A stretch of DNA of 26,505 bases from Polyangiales bacterium (GCA_045106895.1 JBGCFM010000273.1:1-26505), one strand, 5' to 3'. Positions 1-9,280 are shown, counted from the first letter of the stretch. Notes: generated by a model from the letters alone, not told the origin. Program-made: numbers and translations.

Positions 1-68
1 TGGCGTCCCTTTCTTGCCAAGCGCGCCGTGGAGCCCCGTCGATTCCGGGGAGAGCGCATAGTTCACGG

Positions 69-97
69 GTGACGGACGGCCGAGCGCCGCGTAGTCT
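69..97 (+). promoter_or_regulatory. Putative sigma70-type promoter (GTGACG-N17-TAGTCT), 6 nt upstream of ATG 104; leaderless type
   Basis: Motifs and 17-bp spacing read directly; no SD sequence between the -10 and the ATG. Confidence 0.55.
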
Positions 98-103
98 GAG
101 GGC

Positions 104-706
104 ATGAAGCGCAGCCCTTGGAACGCCCTACGAATCGCCGCCTGTATCCTCACCATCGGCTGCGCCACGGGAGGCAACACGCAGACGGGTCGGACAGACT
201 CGGGCCCGGGCGAGCTGGACTCCGCAACGAACATGGACACTGCGGCGCTGGTGGATACGAGCGTTCCCGACACCAGCATGCCCGATTCTTCCGCCGTGCC
301 TCCGGACGTCGGCGTCGACAGCGGCGGAGGCTGCGGAGGGCCGCCACCTCTCAATCTTTCGGGAAGCCAACTGCCGCGCTGTTCCGCTGCGACAACGGCG
401 TGCGTCGAAGAGTGCTCCACCGGCGCCTGCCAGACCGCGTGCTTTGAAGCCGACGACACCCCGCCGCTCAACATTGAAGGCCGCATTATCGACTGCCTGG
501 GTTGCTTGAACATTCAGAACACCGCCTGCGCCGTGGCCGAAGGATGCCAAGCAGAGTGGGACGCCTTCCGATGCTGCGAAGAAGGCTGCGTCGACTTGGC
601 CTGCGCCGGTGAATGCCAGAACACACACCGAGCCGCGCTCACCACCTGCTATCAGGCATTTGGTCGCTTGTGCCAGCCCGCGGTGATGGGGTGCTTCGCG
701 GAATAA
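104..706 (+). CDS. Cys-rich lipoprotein, hypothetical
   Basis: Signal peptide with lipobox (LTIG-C), D/S/T/P-rich linker, then many CxxxC motifs. Confidence 0.8.
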   Translation: MKRSPWNALRIAACILTIGCATGGNTQTGRTDSGPGELDSATNMDTAALVDTSVPDTSMPDSSAVPPDVGVDSGGGCGGPPPLNLSGSQLPRCSAATTACVEECSTGACQTACFEADDTPPLNIEGRIIDCLGCLNIQNTACAVAEGCQAEWDAFRCCEEGCVDLACAGECQNTHRAALTTCYQAFGRLCQPAVMGCFAE

Positions 707-799
707 GGCGCCGGAACAGACCGCCACGCGCGAGCTCGACGGAGGGCGGCGATGCTTTTGTTCGCTCGACGCAACTGTGTGCGTGAACGGGCGAGCGAG

Positions 800-815
800 T
801 GGGCCTCCTCTTGAA
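800..815 (+). promoter_or_regulatory. Possible sigma54 (-24/-12) promoter TGGGCC-N5-TTGAA
   Basis: Imperfect match to TGGCAC-N5-TTGCW, 12 nt before ATG 828. Confidence 0.35.
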
Positions 816-827
816 AGGTCCTGCCTC

Positions 828-1337
828 ATGCGTGCTTTGCCCACTCTCTTTTGTCTTCTCTCTCTCCTCGTTGCTTGCGCCAGCGAAGCGGGCCCCATCT
901 ACACGTGCCCTGATCTGGACGCGCACCCCGAGCAGTCCTTGTGTTACTTCGCCCCGAACACCCCGCCGGGAACCGACCTGTCCGTTGCCATCGAGGACCC
1001 AGGCTTATGCCTCGTCTTTCTTCACGAAATCTGCGACGGCGAATACGACTGCTTCGATGGGCAAGACGAAGTCGCCTGTCCTGGGTTTCGGCACGAGCCC
1101 ATGGATTGCGGCTCGCGTTATTGCTCCTGCCGCACAGGCGGATCCATCGACATCGGCGAGTTCTGCGATGGCGTTGTCGATTGCGCCGATGGCCAAGACG
1201 AACCCGAATGCTGCTCGCCTCTTCCGGCCCCCTCGGCGGGCGGCGGTTCCAGTTCTTCACCGCCGGATGAAAACCAAGCGTGCTGGGACTGCTTTAACGG
1301 CTACTGTACGGTCTACTACGCAAGAGACTGCTACTAG
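828..1337 (+). CDS. Lipoprotein with two LDL-receptor class A-like repeats
   Basis: Start moved to ATG 828 (MRALPTLFCLLSLLVA-C lipobox); motifs CDGEYDCFDGQDE and CDGVVDCADGQDE match the LDLa core CDGxxDCxDGSDE. Confidence 0.8.
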   Translation: MRALPTLFCLLSLLVACASEAGPIYTCPDLDAHPEQSLCYFAPNTPPGTDLSVAIEDPGLCLVFLHEICDGEYDCFDGQDEVACPGFRHEPMDCGSRYCSCRTGGSIDIGEFCDGVVDCADGQDEPECCSPLPAPSAGGGSSSSPPDENQACWDCFNGYCTVYYARDCY

Positions 1338-1339
1338 CC

Positions 1340-2584
1340 ATGAAAGTTCAGGCTCTGTCGGCTGCATGCAGCCTTCCTGTGCGCCTCGCGCCGTCGACTC
1401 TTATGGAGCAAACCCAAGCTGCGCTTCTTGAGCTGGGCGGCCGCTACGCAACACTCACGGCGGACGGAGAGCCCGGGCCTGAGACCGCTGAAGCCATCGC
1501 TCACTTTCAAGAAGGCCACGGGCTTGCTGTGACCGGCCAGCTCGATGGCGAAACCGTCGCTCGGATCCAGCGCGAACTGGAACAGTCGCGAAGAGCGCGC
1601 TCCGCCGCAGATCACTCGCCTGTCTCTCCGCCAAGCGTGGACGCTCTCTCCACCACAGAACTTGGGAACGAGCTTTCATCGGCTCTCGCGCGGGGCAATC
1701 TCCTCGCTCTCCTTGAGAGCGGACCCGCTGACGCCATCTCTCGCCGCTCCCTTCGGCGCATCGAAGACGCGTGCAACTTCGTTCACGGAGAGCGCGGCGC
1801 GAACCCGATCTCCGATGCGCTCGAACACGTCGGCCTTTCACCCAGCAGGCGTGAGCATGGACTGCGGCGACTGCTCAATGAGCGGGGAACACCGAACCTA
1901 TTCATAAGCGCGAGACGCTTGCGCCGGTCCGGCGGCGCCGAGCAATTTGCGCAAAATCTCAGCAGCGCGATGTCGGAAGACTTCGCGGACGCCGCGTTGA
2001 TCATGTCGCTGCTGCAGCGCGAAGGAGGTTGGGCGCGAGGCGTCGGAGGCGGCCGGTCCTCAGAGCCTCACCACTATCATTCGTTCGATGACGGCGGGAT
2101 GGACGAACTCTGGCGCATCCGGAACGCAACGGATTCGAACGGACATCGCTACTTTCCCGAGACCGTCGTTCAGCGCTGGGCACGCGACGAGTTCCTCAAT
2201 CCGGAGACCGGCGAAACCTCAGTCGCTGCGCGAATCCCAAGGCGCCAAGAGGGAGGCTACCTGGTCGCGATGACGGGCTACGTCCATTGGGCACGCGATG
2301 CCAAGGTCCTGCAGCCGATGGCCGAAGTGCTCGGCGAAGCGCAGGCGGAAGCAAACTGGAACGATGCCGACATAGGCGTGCAACGGACGTGGGAGGCGTT
2401 TGCTTTTGCACGACCCGGACGTGCACGCCGCGCGGCACTTGAGGTAGCCCGCACCCCCGAACTTGAGCTGAGCGACCTCCTTTCGGAGGGTGACTTTCGT
2501 GACCGAATGAACGTGGATGGGGCACTATCACGCGCCATGCACAGCGCCGCCGAAGCCCATGCCATCGAAGAGATGACGAGATGA
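1340..2584 (+). CDS. Peptidoglycan-binding domain protein with a probable diverged lysozyme/lytic transglycosylase-like C-terminal domain
   Basis: PG_binding_1 signature ADGEPGPETAEAIAHFQEGHGLAVTGQLDGET; DAALIMSLLQREGG resembles the catalytic Glu helix of g-type lysozyme/SLT; no signal peptide; start uncertain. Confidence 0.75.
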   Translation: MKVQALSAACSLPVRLAPSTLMEQTQAALLELGGRYATLTADGEPGPETAEAIAHFQEGHGLAVTGQLDGETVARIQRELEQSRRARSAADHSPVSPPSVDALSTTELGNELSSALARGNLLALLESGPADAISRRSLRRIEDACNFVHGERGANPISDALEHVGLSPSRREHGLRRLLNERGTPNLFISARRLRRSGGAEQFAQNLSSAMSEDFADAALIMSLLQREGGWARGVGGGRSSEPHHYHSFDDGGMDELWRIRNATDSNGHRYFPETVVQRWARDEFLNPETGETSVAARIPRRQEGGYLVAMTGYVHWARDAKVLQPMAEVLGEAQAEANWNDADIGVQRTWEAFAFARPGRARRAALEVARTPELELSDLLSEGDFRDRMNVDGALSRAMHSAAEAHAIEEMTR

Positions 2585-3528
2585 GGCCATACTTGTTCGC
2601 ATGGCTCTCCTTGGTCGCGTGCTCTGAACCGCCGGCTTCCGCTGAACCGGAAGTGCCGGCTTCCACCCCCGCAGCGAGCGAAAGCTCAGAGCCAAGCCGG
2701 AGCGCACCCGAGAGTGAGACGAATGCGCCGTACGTCACAACGTTGACCCCGCAGCTCCAGCTTATCTACGAGACCGAGAGTACGCGGCGCTGCCCGGTTC
2801 GAGATGTGGCGTTCTTTGCGGGGAGTGACCAAGTGGCAATCGTCGGCCAGGAGGGCATCACCTTCGTCGTCGATGGAGAGCGGAGCGACCATCCTACGCC
2901 AGAGCCGCTCTACGCGCTTCAGCGCGACGGCTCGGACCTCGTGAGCTTTGGTCGATACGGCCTCATCGCGCGACTTCGTGACGGGGGCGGCGACGATCCC
3001 GCAAGCGTAACCATCGAAGCCGAACACCTGAGCCCACCACGCTCTTACCTCTACGCGTTGCAGCGCGAAGGAGATGTCCTTCGCGCTATCTCACCGGGTA
3101 GTGTTCTCCGCCGCGAGGAGGGGCAATGGAGCACGGAAGCACGCGGCTACGCGCCGGTTGTAGACATCGTGGGACAGCAACTCATGGACGAGATGACCGA
3201 CGCAAGACACTACGGGCGCGTCCACGATTCCGAATCCAGCGCGATGGCGGAGTTCTCCGAGGACGCCGTCACGTTTCGCGGTTTCGGCGCAGAACGCACG
3301 CTAGCGCTACCGGACGCCCTTCGCGGGGTGCCCAACACCGAGCGCGGCGGCGCATTCTCGGGTGGACACTTCGCCACTTGGAGCGGACGGAACGTCGGAC
3401 TGCTCGAAGCCGGGCGCTGGCAAGTCTTCGAGATGCCGACGGACGTAAACGGTGTCGTGTCAACGCCGACGAAACCGCTCCTCGTCCATGGATGCCAACA
3501 CGTGTGGCTCGCGACGCCTTCGGAGTAA
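2581..3528 (+). CDS. Lipoprotein with a beta-rich (propeller-like) body; candidate immunity protein
   Basis: Lipobox LVA-C, P/S/E linker; ATGA overlap with the upstream stop codon. Confidence 0.75.
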   Translation: MRPYLFAWLSLVACSEPPASAEPEVPASTPAASESSEPSRSAPESETNAPYVTTLTPQLQLIYETESTRRCPVRDVAFFAGSDQVAIVGQEGITFVVDGERSDHPTPEPLYALQRDGSDLVSFGRYGLIARLRDGGGDDPASVTIEAEHLSPPRSYLYALQREGDVLRAISPGSVLRREEGQWSTEARGYAPVVDIVGQQLMDEMTDARHYGRVHDSESSAMAEFSEDAVTFRGFGAERTLALPDALRGVPNTERGGAFSGGHFATWSGRNVGLLEAGRWQVFEMPTDVNGVVSTPTKPLLVHGCQHVWLATPSE

Positions 3529-3566
3529 ACTGCCCGCGGTTGCAAGAGCAATGCTACTCCGGATGC

Positions 3567-3869
3567 ATGCTGTATATCCTCGAGCCCGTGACACTGGAGC
3601 AATGGCTGGCGCATCTGAAGTCCGACGCCCGTTGGGTGTCCCCGACGATGGTTCACGTTCGCCCAGATCCGTTCAACAAAGGTCAGACCCTACAGATTCG
3701 ACCGCGACCGGACGTGGGTCACTTCGTCATCGACGGCGTCAAGGTTGCCTCCGCCTCAATGGCGCAAGACGGAAGCGATGCGATTCTTGTCGATTCTGAG
3801 ACGAATGAGTCAGCACTTCGGGTTGCGGCCGACCTAGGAGCAACCTGTGTGCGAGTTGAAGACGACTGA
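3567..3869 (+). CDS. Small hypothetical protein (100 aa; TLEQWL...PDPFNKG)
   Basis: C-terminal part of ORF 3126..3869 from ATG 3567; TGcTACTCC extended -10-like element 6 nt upstream; the paralog at 8041-8268 is conserved in this frame. Confidence 0.75.
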   Translation: MLYILEPVTLEQWLAHLKSDARWVSPTMVHVRPDPFNKGQTLQIRPRPDVGHFVIDGVKVASASMAQDGSDAILVDSETNESALRVAADLGATCVRVEDD

Positions 3870-3893
3870 GCTGTTATCTTAGGACACCCTCCC

Positions 3894-4847
3894 TCAACGT
3901 TGACAATGGATGGTCTGCCCACATTCGCTTCGGACGTAGCATTCCACGTCGTCGGGGCAGACACCGAACTCCGCGGTCTGCGCGTCTGCGTCGTCGCAAA
4001 CTGGCAGCGTGTCGCAGCCGCTCCAGTCTCCTCCATCGCACCAAGCGTCCTTGTCCTCAATATACTCACACGAGCCTGGGTCGCATTCGAAGGCTTCGAC
4101 CAACCTTGCGTCGAGCTTACAGGTGGTCACGCAGTGGGCCGCCCGCTCACCCGTCATCCCCGAACTCCTACACCCGTCTTGTCGACATCGGTCAACCTCC
4201 GCGTCGTTTGGGCATCGTCCCCACTGCGCGTTTTCCACGCCAGCGGCAGCACACAAAGCGGGCGGACTACAGAAGTCCGTGAGCTCGCAGAGAACGCCGC
4301 AATCGCTTTCGAAGCACAGCTCGTCGCCGCTGCACTCTTCCACCGGTCGGGCGCCGGAGGGGCAGCAGTCCTCACAACGGTAGAGCCCGTCATCGCACGA
4401 GTAGCGGGTATCCTGACCGCGTGGGTCAGCTGTTTCATCCAACACCAGCACCTGCGTATCGGAGCAACTGGCGGCGCCTTCACGGCATCCACCACAAACG
4501 AAGAAGGTTCCGCACTCACGCCGATCGCGATACTGAAGACCGTTAGATGGCGGGGGCATCGTTCCCGGGAAGTAGTATTCCCCCTCGTCGCATCCGGCGG
4601 AGCATCCTGTTTGAATGCAACTAAAGCTCCCGCCGCCACACAGCGATTGATTCGTGCACGAGTCGGTGGCCGGCGAGCAAGCCACGCCACCGTCACCGTG
4701 AGGCATCACGTTCCAGCCACTCGGGCAAGACGCTTCGTTGACGCAAGCGTCGATGGAGCCATCCGTGGCCATAGATAGATCGTCGTCGCCGCACCCAAGC
4801 GCGACGAAACCAAAGACAGAGAGCAAAGCAAGGACGTGACCGGTCAT
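3894..4847 (-). CDS. Cys-rich lipoprotein, hypothetical
   Basis: Start moved to ATG 4847 (MTGHVLALLSVFGFVALG-CGDDD); very high Cys content; TACGGT -10-like element 6 nt upstream. Confidence 0.8.
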   Translation of the reverse strand: MTGHVLALLSVFGFVALGCGDDDLSMATDGSIDACVNEASCPSGWNVMPHGDGGVACSPATDSCTNQSLCGGGSFSCIQTGCSAGCDEGEYYFPGTMPPPSNGLQYRDRRECGTFFVCGGCREGAASCSDTQVLVLDETADPRGQDTRYSCDDGLYRCEDCCPSGARPVEECSGDELCFESDCGVLCELTDFCSPPALCAAAGVENAQWGRCPNDAEVDRCRQDGCRSSGMTGERAAHCVTTCKLDARLVEAFECDPGSCEYIEDKDAWCDGGDWSGCDTLPVCDDADAQTAEFGVCPDDVECYVRSECGQTIHCQR

Positions 4848-4999
4848 GCACGCACCGTAGCTCTCGTGGAATGCAGTCCTCAAACCGAAGGGCGAGAAAG
4901 CGTTCACCCGGTAGTGCACGCTTCGTGCGTAACACGGACCCCACTTTGGCCCCCTACCGTGTGCCTAAGACGCCCTCATCAATGCGTGGGCACTTCACT

Positions 5000-6387
5000 C
5001 TAAAAAAGGCTCAAGCCACGGAGCGTCGTTTGCGGCTCGGCGCTATCGGCGTCGAAGCGAAGAACGCCACGAGCGTCGACGTAGAGAGCGCCGTCGGTGC
5101 CGAAACGAGCGGAGGCGAAACCATGCCCGGCACTCAAGCGCTCCGCGTCGCCGGTCTCGATGTTGATTCGCTCCACGCGGTTCCGAAGCACGCCTTCGTC
5201 GTCGGTCATGTGGGAGATGGCGATGGCTCGGGTCTCCGTCGAATCGATGATCACCGAACGCGGGGCTCCACGTCCTCGCGGCGAAAGGGGAATGCTGCGC
5301 CCTGGCCCTGCGAGAGACCTCGGAAGAAGCGTCCAGCCCGCATGCGTACTCTGCGCTGCAACGACGCCGTCTTCGTTGTAGTCCACCGTGCGAAGACAGA
5401 GGGTAGCTCGGGGTGCATCGTCCGCCGGGGCCCCTTGAGGAAAGCGTCGTTCCGGGAACCATCCGTCGGGGTTCTGCGCACGAAAACGAAAGCCACCTTC
5501 GCTGAGGCAGGCCTCGAACGCAAAGATCTGACCGTAGTCCGGGTCTCTCACTTGGTGTTCTTCGATGGACTCACCGAACGGCCGCAAGAACGTCACGTGC
5601 GGGGAGCGTAGCCGTGTGTCGAAATGAAGTGTGTACGAACGAGGAGAAAGCTCGTCGCGTCGGGCGAAGCGAGAACTCTAAAGTAGGTTCCGTAGTACTC
5701 GCTCTCATCCACGTATCGCTGCGCCTTGATGAGCGGAACGAAGCGTCGAGTCGAGTGTTGGTAAACGCCGGCGATGACATCTCCCCAGGAGCGCGCTTGT
5801 TCATCTGTCGCTTCGTCGTACTCGCCCCGAATATAGCGGCGGAGCACCGACGGCACTCCTCGGGAACCTGCGTTTCGGTAGCGTTCGCGGAGGCTTCGTA
5901 TGTACTCGGCAAGGTCGTCGTCTTCTCGAAGCGGCGCCAAGTCCTCGTCCTCCGCGAGGAGCGCTTCGTAGCGTGGGAGGTTGTGGCTTAGAACGATGCG
6001 CAGCTCCGCCCAGGCTTCTTCAAGGGCGTTCGTTCGGACCAGTGCGCACGCTAGGTTGAAACGAGCGGCATCGTAGTCCGGAACTTCGACCACGAGTGCG
6101 CGCCACTGCTGCACGGCGTCGGCAAAGGCCTCGCGACGATGAACCCTCAAGGCCGCGGCATTGCGACGTTGGGCGGCCTCGTCGATGGCCCAAGGCGGGG
6201 CCTGGACCCCGATGGGTTCTGCAGCCTGCCGTGTTTCGCGAAAGGTTTCGGCGGGCTCTTCCGCCGCGGCCTCATCGACGCGCGCCACCGCTTCGGTCTC
6301 CACGGCTTGTGTTTCCGCCGTTTCGGCTCCCGCGCCGCAATCGCAGCCCATGCAAAGTGCGAGTGCCACCAACATCGTCGTGCGCAT
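5000..6387 (-). pseudogene. TPR-like lipoprotein, copy 1; split by a 1-nt deletion into ORFs 5593..6387 and 5000..5596
   Basis: Lipobox (CMG-C); ARFNLACAL TPR-like motif; + strand has G4 at 5601-5604 where copy 2 has G5 (9879-9883) and reads through as HGYAPPHVTFLRP. Confidence 0.8.
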
Positions 6388-6394
6388 CCTTGGA

Positions 6395-6423
6395 AACCTA
6401 CAGCGTTCGTCTGTGGAGGTAAA
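6395..6423 (-). promoter_or_regulatory. Sigma70-type promoter TTTACC-N17-TAGGTT, 7 nt from ATG 6387
   Basis: Conserved in the paralogous copy (10679-10707); similarity between the copies ends just upstream of the -35. Confidence 0.7.
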
Positions 6424-6501
6424 TCCAACTCCCCGGCTCGCACACCTCGCGCACCCCTTCTGCGAAGTTAGGAGACATGAGATGTGAGTTCCGTGACCGA
6501 A

Positions 6502-7683
6502 TCAGTTAGGACCGCACGAGAACGTTGGGTAACCCGATTCACGCACGAGCCCGCGTCGTGCTTCGGCGGGGAACATATAGAACCCATAGCCGTGGTGCCC
6601 CGCGCCTCCGACTCCGGCGAGGAGCCGGTTTCCCGAGCGCACGCGCCGCGGAAACTCGGAGGTATAGTCCACGAGGCCCATGAGCGAGTCGCCGTGGAAG
6701 AGTAGAATTGTATCGGCGACGCCGAACTCCACCCAAGACCAACGGGAGTCTTCGAAACGTTGGAGGGTTTCTGCCACCGAGGGGGGGTCCGGGTCGTCCG
6801 GAAACTGTGCGACGTAGCGCCGGATCCTTCGATCGATAACGCGGCGTTGACCGCTCGTGATGGGCGCATCGGCGTGCGGCCAGTCCTCCAGTCGCGCGTC
6901 CTCGTGGTGGCCCAAGAGACCCACCATCATTTGCGCGGGGTGCACCGGCTCCAGTGGGTAGAGTTCCGTGCATGAAGGGACTTCAATGGCTTCGAGGGCC
7001 GTCGTGTAGTCCTCCATCTGTGTGCAGCTTCCCACCAAGAGTACCCGGCGCGTGCCTTCCGTTTCACATGCGCCGCGCTCCGTCACGAGTGTGACGGGAA
7101 GTGGTGTGGCAAGGGGCCTCGCGTCACGAAACGAAAAGCGCATCGGGAGGAGTTCGGGCGCGTCGGTGACCGGGCCCGGCAGTGGAGTTCCACGCTCCGC
7201 GGCGCGCACGTTGCGCGAAGGCAGGAGCAAATAGGTACGCGGGCCAAGAGGGAGCGCGGGAAGCGCAGGTGGCGCATCGCAGGTACGCATCAGCATGCGC
7301 TCGTAGACCCAGCCCACGACCGGCGAGGTGATTCGGACGTAGCCGTCGCGCCGTTCGACGCTACGCACGATGGTCCCATTGTCGAGCTCGCCGCTTAGCG
7401 AGGAGTCCGAGCTTGGGCTGGACCGAACACGAAGCGGCGGGTCTGCATCGAGGACCACGAGGGGACACTCGTCCGGCGCGTCGCCGTGGCCAGTCCCTTC
7501 GCGAAGGTCCGTCTCTTCCGAGGGGCTTTCATCGCTGGGTTGTTCAAAATCGACAACCTCGTCTTCGACTTCAACGGGGCGGGCTTCGCGCGCGGGCGTC
7601 GTTTCTGAAGGAGACGGCGTGTCGTCGTCACAACCGATGAACACGCAGAACGCCAAACACGCGCCGAGAGTGCGGTACTGCAC
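6502..7683 (-). CDS. SH3b domain-containing lipoprotein
   Basis: Lipobox FIG-CDDD; LRVRSSPSSDSSLSGELDNGTIVRSVERRDGYVRI...GWV is a typical bacterial SH3 pattern. Confidence 0.8.
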   Translation of the reverse strand: MQYRTLGACLAFCVFIGCDDDTPSPSETTPAREARPVEVEDEVVDFEQPSDESPSEETDLREGTGHGDAPDECPLVVLDADPPLRVRSSPSSDSSLSGELDNGTIVRSVERRDGYVRITSPVVGWVYERMLMRTCDAPPALPALPLGPRTYLLLPSRNVRAAERGTPLPGPVTDAPELLPMRFSFRDARPLATPLPVTLVTERGACETEGTRRVLLVGSCTQMEDYTTALEAIEVPSCTELYPLEPVHPAQMMVGLLGHHEDARLEDWPHADAPITSGQRRVIDRRIRRYVAQFPDDPDPPSVAETLQRFEDSRWSWVEFGVADTILLFHGDSLMGLVDYTSEFPRRVRSGNRLLAGVGGAGHHGYGFYMFPAEARRGLVRESGYPTFSCGPN

Positions 7684-7758
7684 GAGGACACAACACTCCG
7701 CATCTCATCGTCCATTCCGCGGCACCTTGCCTTCGTAAGTGCCCGCAAGTCCACCATT

Positions 7759-7952
7759 TGCGCAGGAGTGTTGACCGCGAGCGCTACGAGGACACCCACT
7801 TTTGGACCGCGAGCGCTACGAGGACACCCACTTTTGTAAGTACTGAAATGGGTGTCCTCGTGACTTTCCTGTGCGCAGGAGTGTTGACCGCGAGCGCTAC
7901 GAGGACACCCACTTTTGTAAGTACTGAAATGGGTGTCCTCGTGACTTTCCTG
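7759..7952. repeat. Perfect tandem palindromic repeat A-B-B-C-A-B-C (A=14, B=32, C=35 nt; 81-nt unit), REP/REPIN- or MITE-like
   Basis: B at 7773-7804, 7805-7836 and 7886-7917; C at 7837-7871 and 7918-7952; each B-C forms a 13-bp inverted repeat ACGAGGACACCCA / TGGGTGTCCTCGT with an 18-nt AT-rich loop. Confidence 0.95.
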
Positions 7953-8040
7953 AGTCTTCGTGTTCATGCTCGCTCCTTCGAAAACGCGAAGGGTGCGTGA
8001 ACGCGATCAGCTCGTCACGACGGGGTAGCGAGAGGATTTA

Positions 8041-8268
8041 CCGACCACCGTTCACGTTCGCCCAAATCCGTTCAACAAAGGGCAGACCATGGAGATTCGA
8101 CCGCCGCGAGACGCGGGTCACTTTGTCATCGGAGGAGTCAGGGCTGGGTCCGCTTCGATGGCGCAAGGCGGCAGCGACGCGCTCATCGTTGATTCCGAAT
8201 CAGACGCGTTGGCACTGCAGCTTGCGACTGTCCTCGGAGCAACATGTGTGGGAGTTATGGACGACTGA
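8041..8268 (+). pseudogene. 5'-truncated paralog of the 3567..3869 small gene
   Basis: Translates as PTTVHVRPNPFNKGQTMEIRPPRDAGHFVIGGV...LGATCVGVMDD*, colinear with PTMVHVRPDPFNKGQTLQIRPRPDVGHFVIDGV...LGATCVRVEDD*; in-frame TAG at 8026-8028 and about 25 N-terminal codons missing. Confidence 0.85.
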
Positions 8269-8340
8269 ATTCGTCGGATGCCACGCCATGTTCGTATCGT
8301 GCGACTTGCGTCGTCATGTTGCGGCAGTCAGCATCGGCCC

Positions 8341-9255
8341 ATGAGCTGCAAGAGCGTTGTCCCACTTCTTCTGTGCATTCTCCTCGGAGCCTGCGGAGAC
8401 GACGACGCAGGCCCCGATGCTTCACCCATCGCCGACGCCAGCGCCGCCGATACCTCAACTGACACCTCCGGGGACAGCGCCGACTCAGGCCAGGACGCAC
8501 CCACCACAGGAAGCGTGACCCTTGCCGTTGTCTCGGAGAACACCGAGCGTCTTGGAGGTGGCGGACTGTACTCCCTCGTCGTTGTTCGTTTTGAGAACAA
8601 CACCAACCGCACCTTGCCCATCGGGCACCTCTCATTCGAGATTCGCGACGATGAAGGAAACATGGAACCTGGCAACGAAGTCGGCTTCAACGACCGATGC
8701 ACAGGCGACGTCGAGGCGGGCGCGAGCGACGAATGCGGTGTCGCATTCAACGTGGTCACGGGCGCGGTCTTTCTCGCCACTGAAATCCGCTACACCGGCC
8801 CCGACGGCATTAGCGCCTCCGCACCCATTCCGGTGGACGAGTGCGAAAGATGCGGCGGGGACGAATGCATCGACCTGATGACTGACTCAGCGCACTGCGG
8901 AACATGCGACTTCAGCGTCGGCGCCCTTGCATGCGAAGGAGGCGCACCGATGTGCGAAGACGGAAGCGTGTTCGAGATCGACGCCTGCGCAGAATGCACT
9001 GGCCCACTCTGCTTCCCGCCCCACCGCCTGAGCGAAGACGACGGTTCCCACATCGTGCGGGGCCTTCCGCCCATCTCCTGCGACGACGCCTGCGCGCTTT
9101 TGGGACAAACCTGTGTGGTCGGCGAATACCAAGGGACGCCGACGCCAAACGCGGTCTACGTCGCGGACGTCATCAGCGCGCTTGAATGCGCGGACGTGCC
9201 CGACGTGGACATCGGGGGACTTCGGTTCGGCCGCTCCGTCTGCACCTGCGAGTAG
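8341..9255 (+). CDS. Lipoprotein with a DUF4352-like Ig domain and a Cys-rich C-terminus
   Basis: Start moved to ATG 8341 (LLGA-CGDDD); VVVRFENNTNRTLPI...FEIRDDEG resembles DUF4352; CIDLMTDSAHCGTC is a myxobacterial/Stig1-like Cys motif. Confidence 0.75.
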   Translation: MSCKSVVPLLLCILLGACGDDDAGPDASPIADASAADTSTDTSGDSADSGQDAPTTGSVTLAVVSENTERLGGGGLYSLVVVRFENNTNRTLPIGHLSFEIRDDEGNMEPGNEVGFNDRCTGDVEAGASDECGVAFNVVTGAVFLATEIRYTGPDGISASAPIPVDECERCGGDECIDLMTDSAHCGTCDFSVGALACEGGAPMCEDGSVFEIDACAECTGPLCFPPHRLSEDDGSHIVRGLPPISCDDACALLGQTCVVGEYQGTPTPNAVYVADVISALECADVPDVDIGGLRFGRSVCTCE

Positions 9256-9280
9256 CTTTCCATGCAACGTGGATTGGCCC

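Noticed and set aside
3126..3566. N-terminal extension of ORF 3126..3869
   Set aside because: Overlaps the 2581..3528 gene out of frame and is Arg-rich; the real start is likely 3567
4961..4993. Imperfect hairpin downstream of TPR copy 1
   Set aside because: Weak stem, no U-tract on the coding strand, not conserved after copy 2
7759..7952. CRISPR array (32-nt repeat x3)
   Set aside because: No unique spacers: the repeats are adjacent or separated by sequence that is itself repeated; no cas genes
7395..8344. ORFs 7395..7967(-), 7758..8000(+) and 7997..8344(+)
   Set aside because: They are translations of the DNA repeat or off-frame readings of the pseudogene
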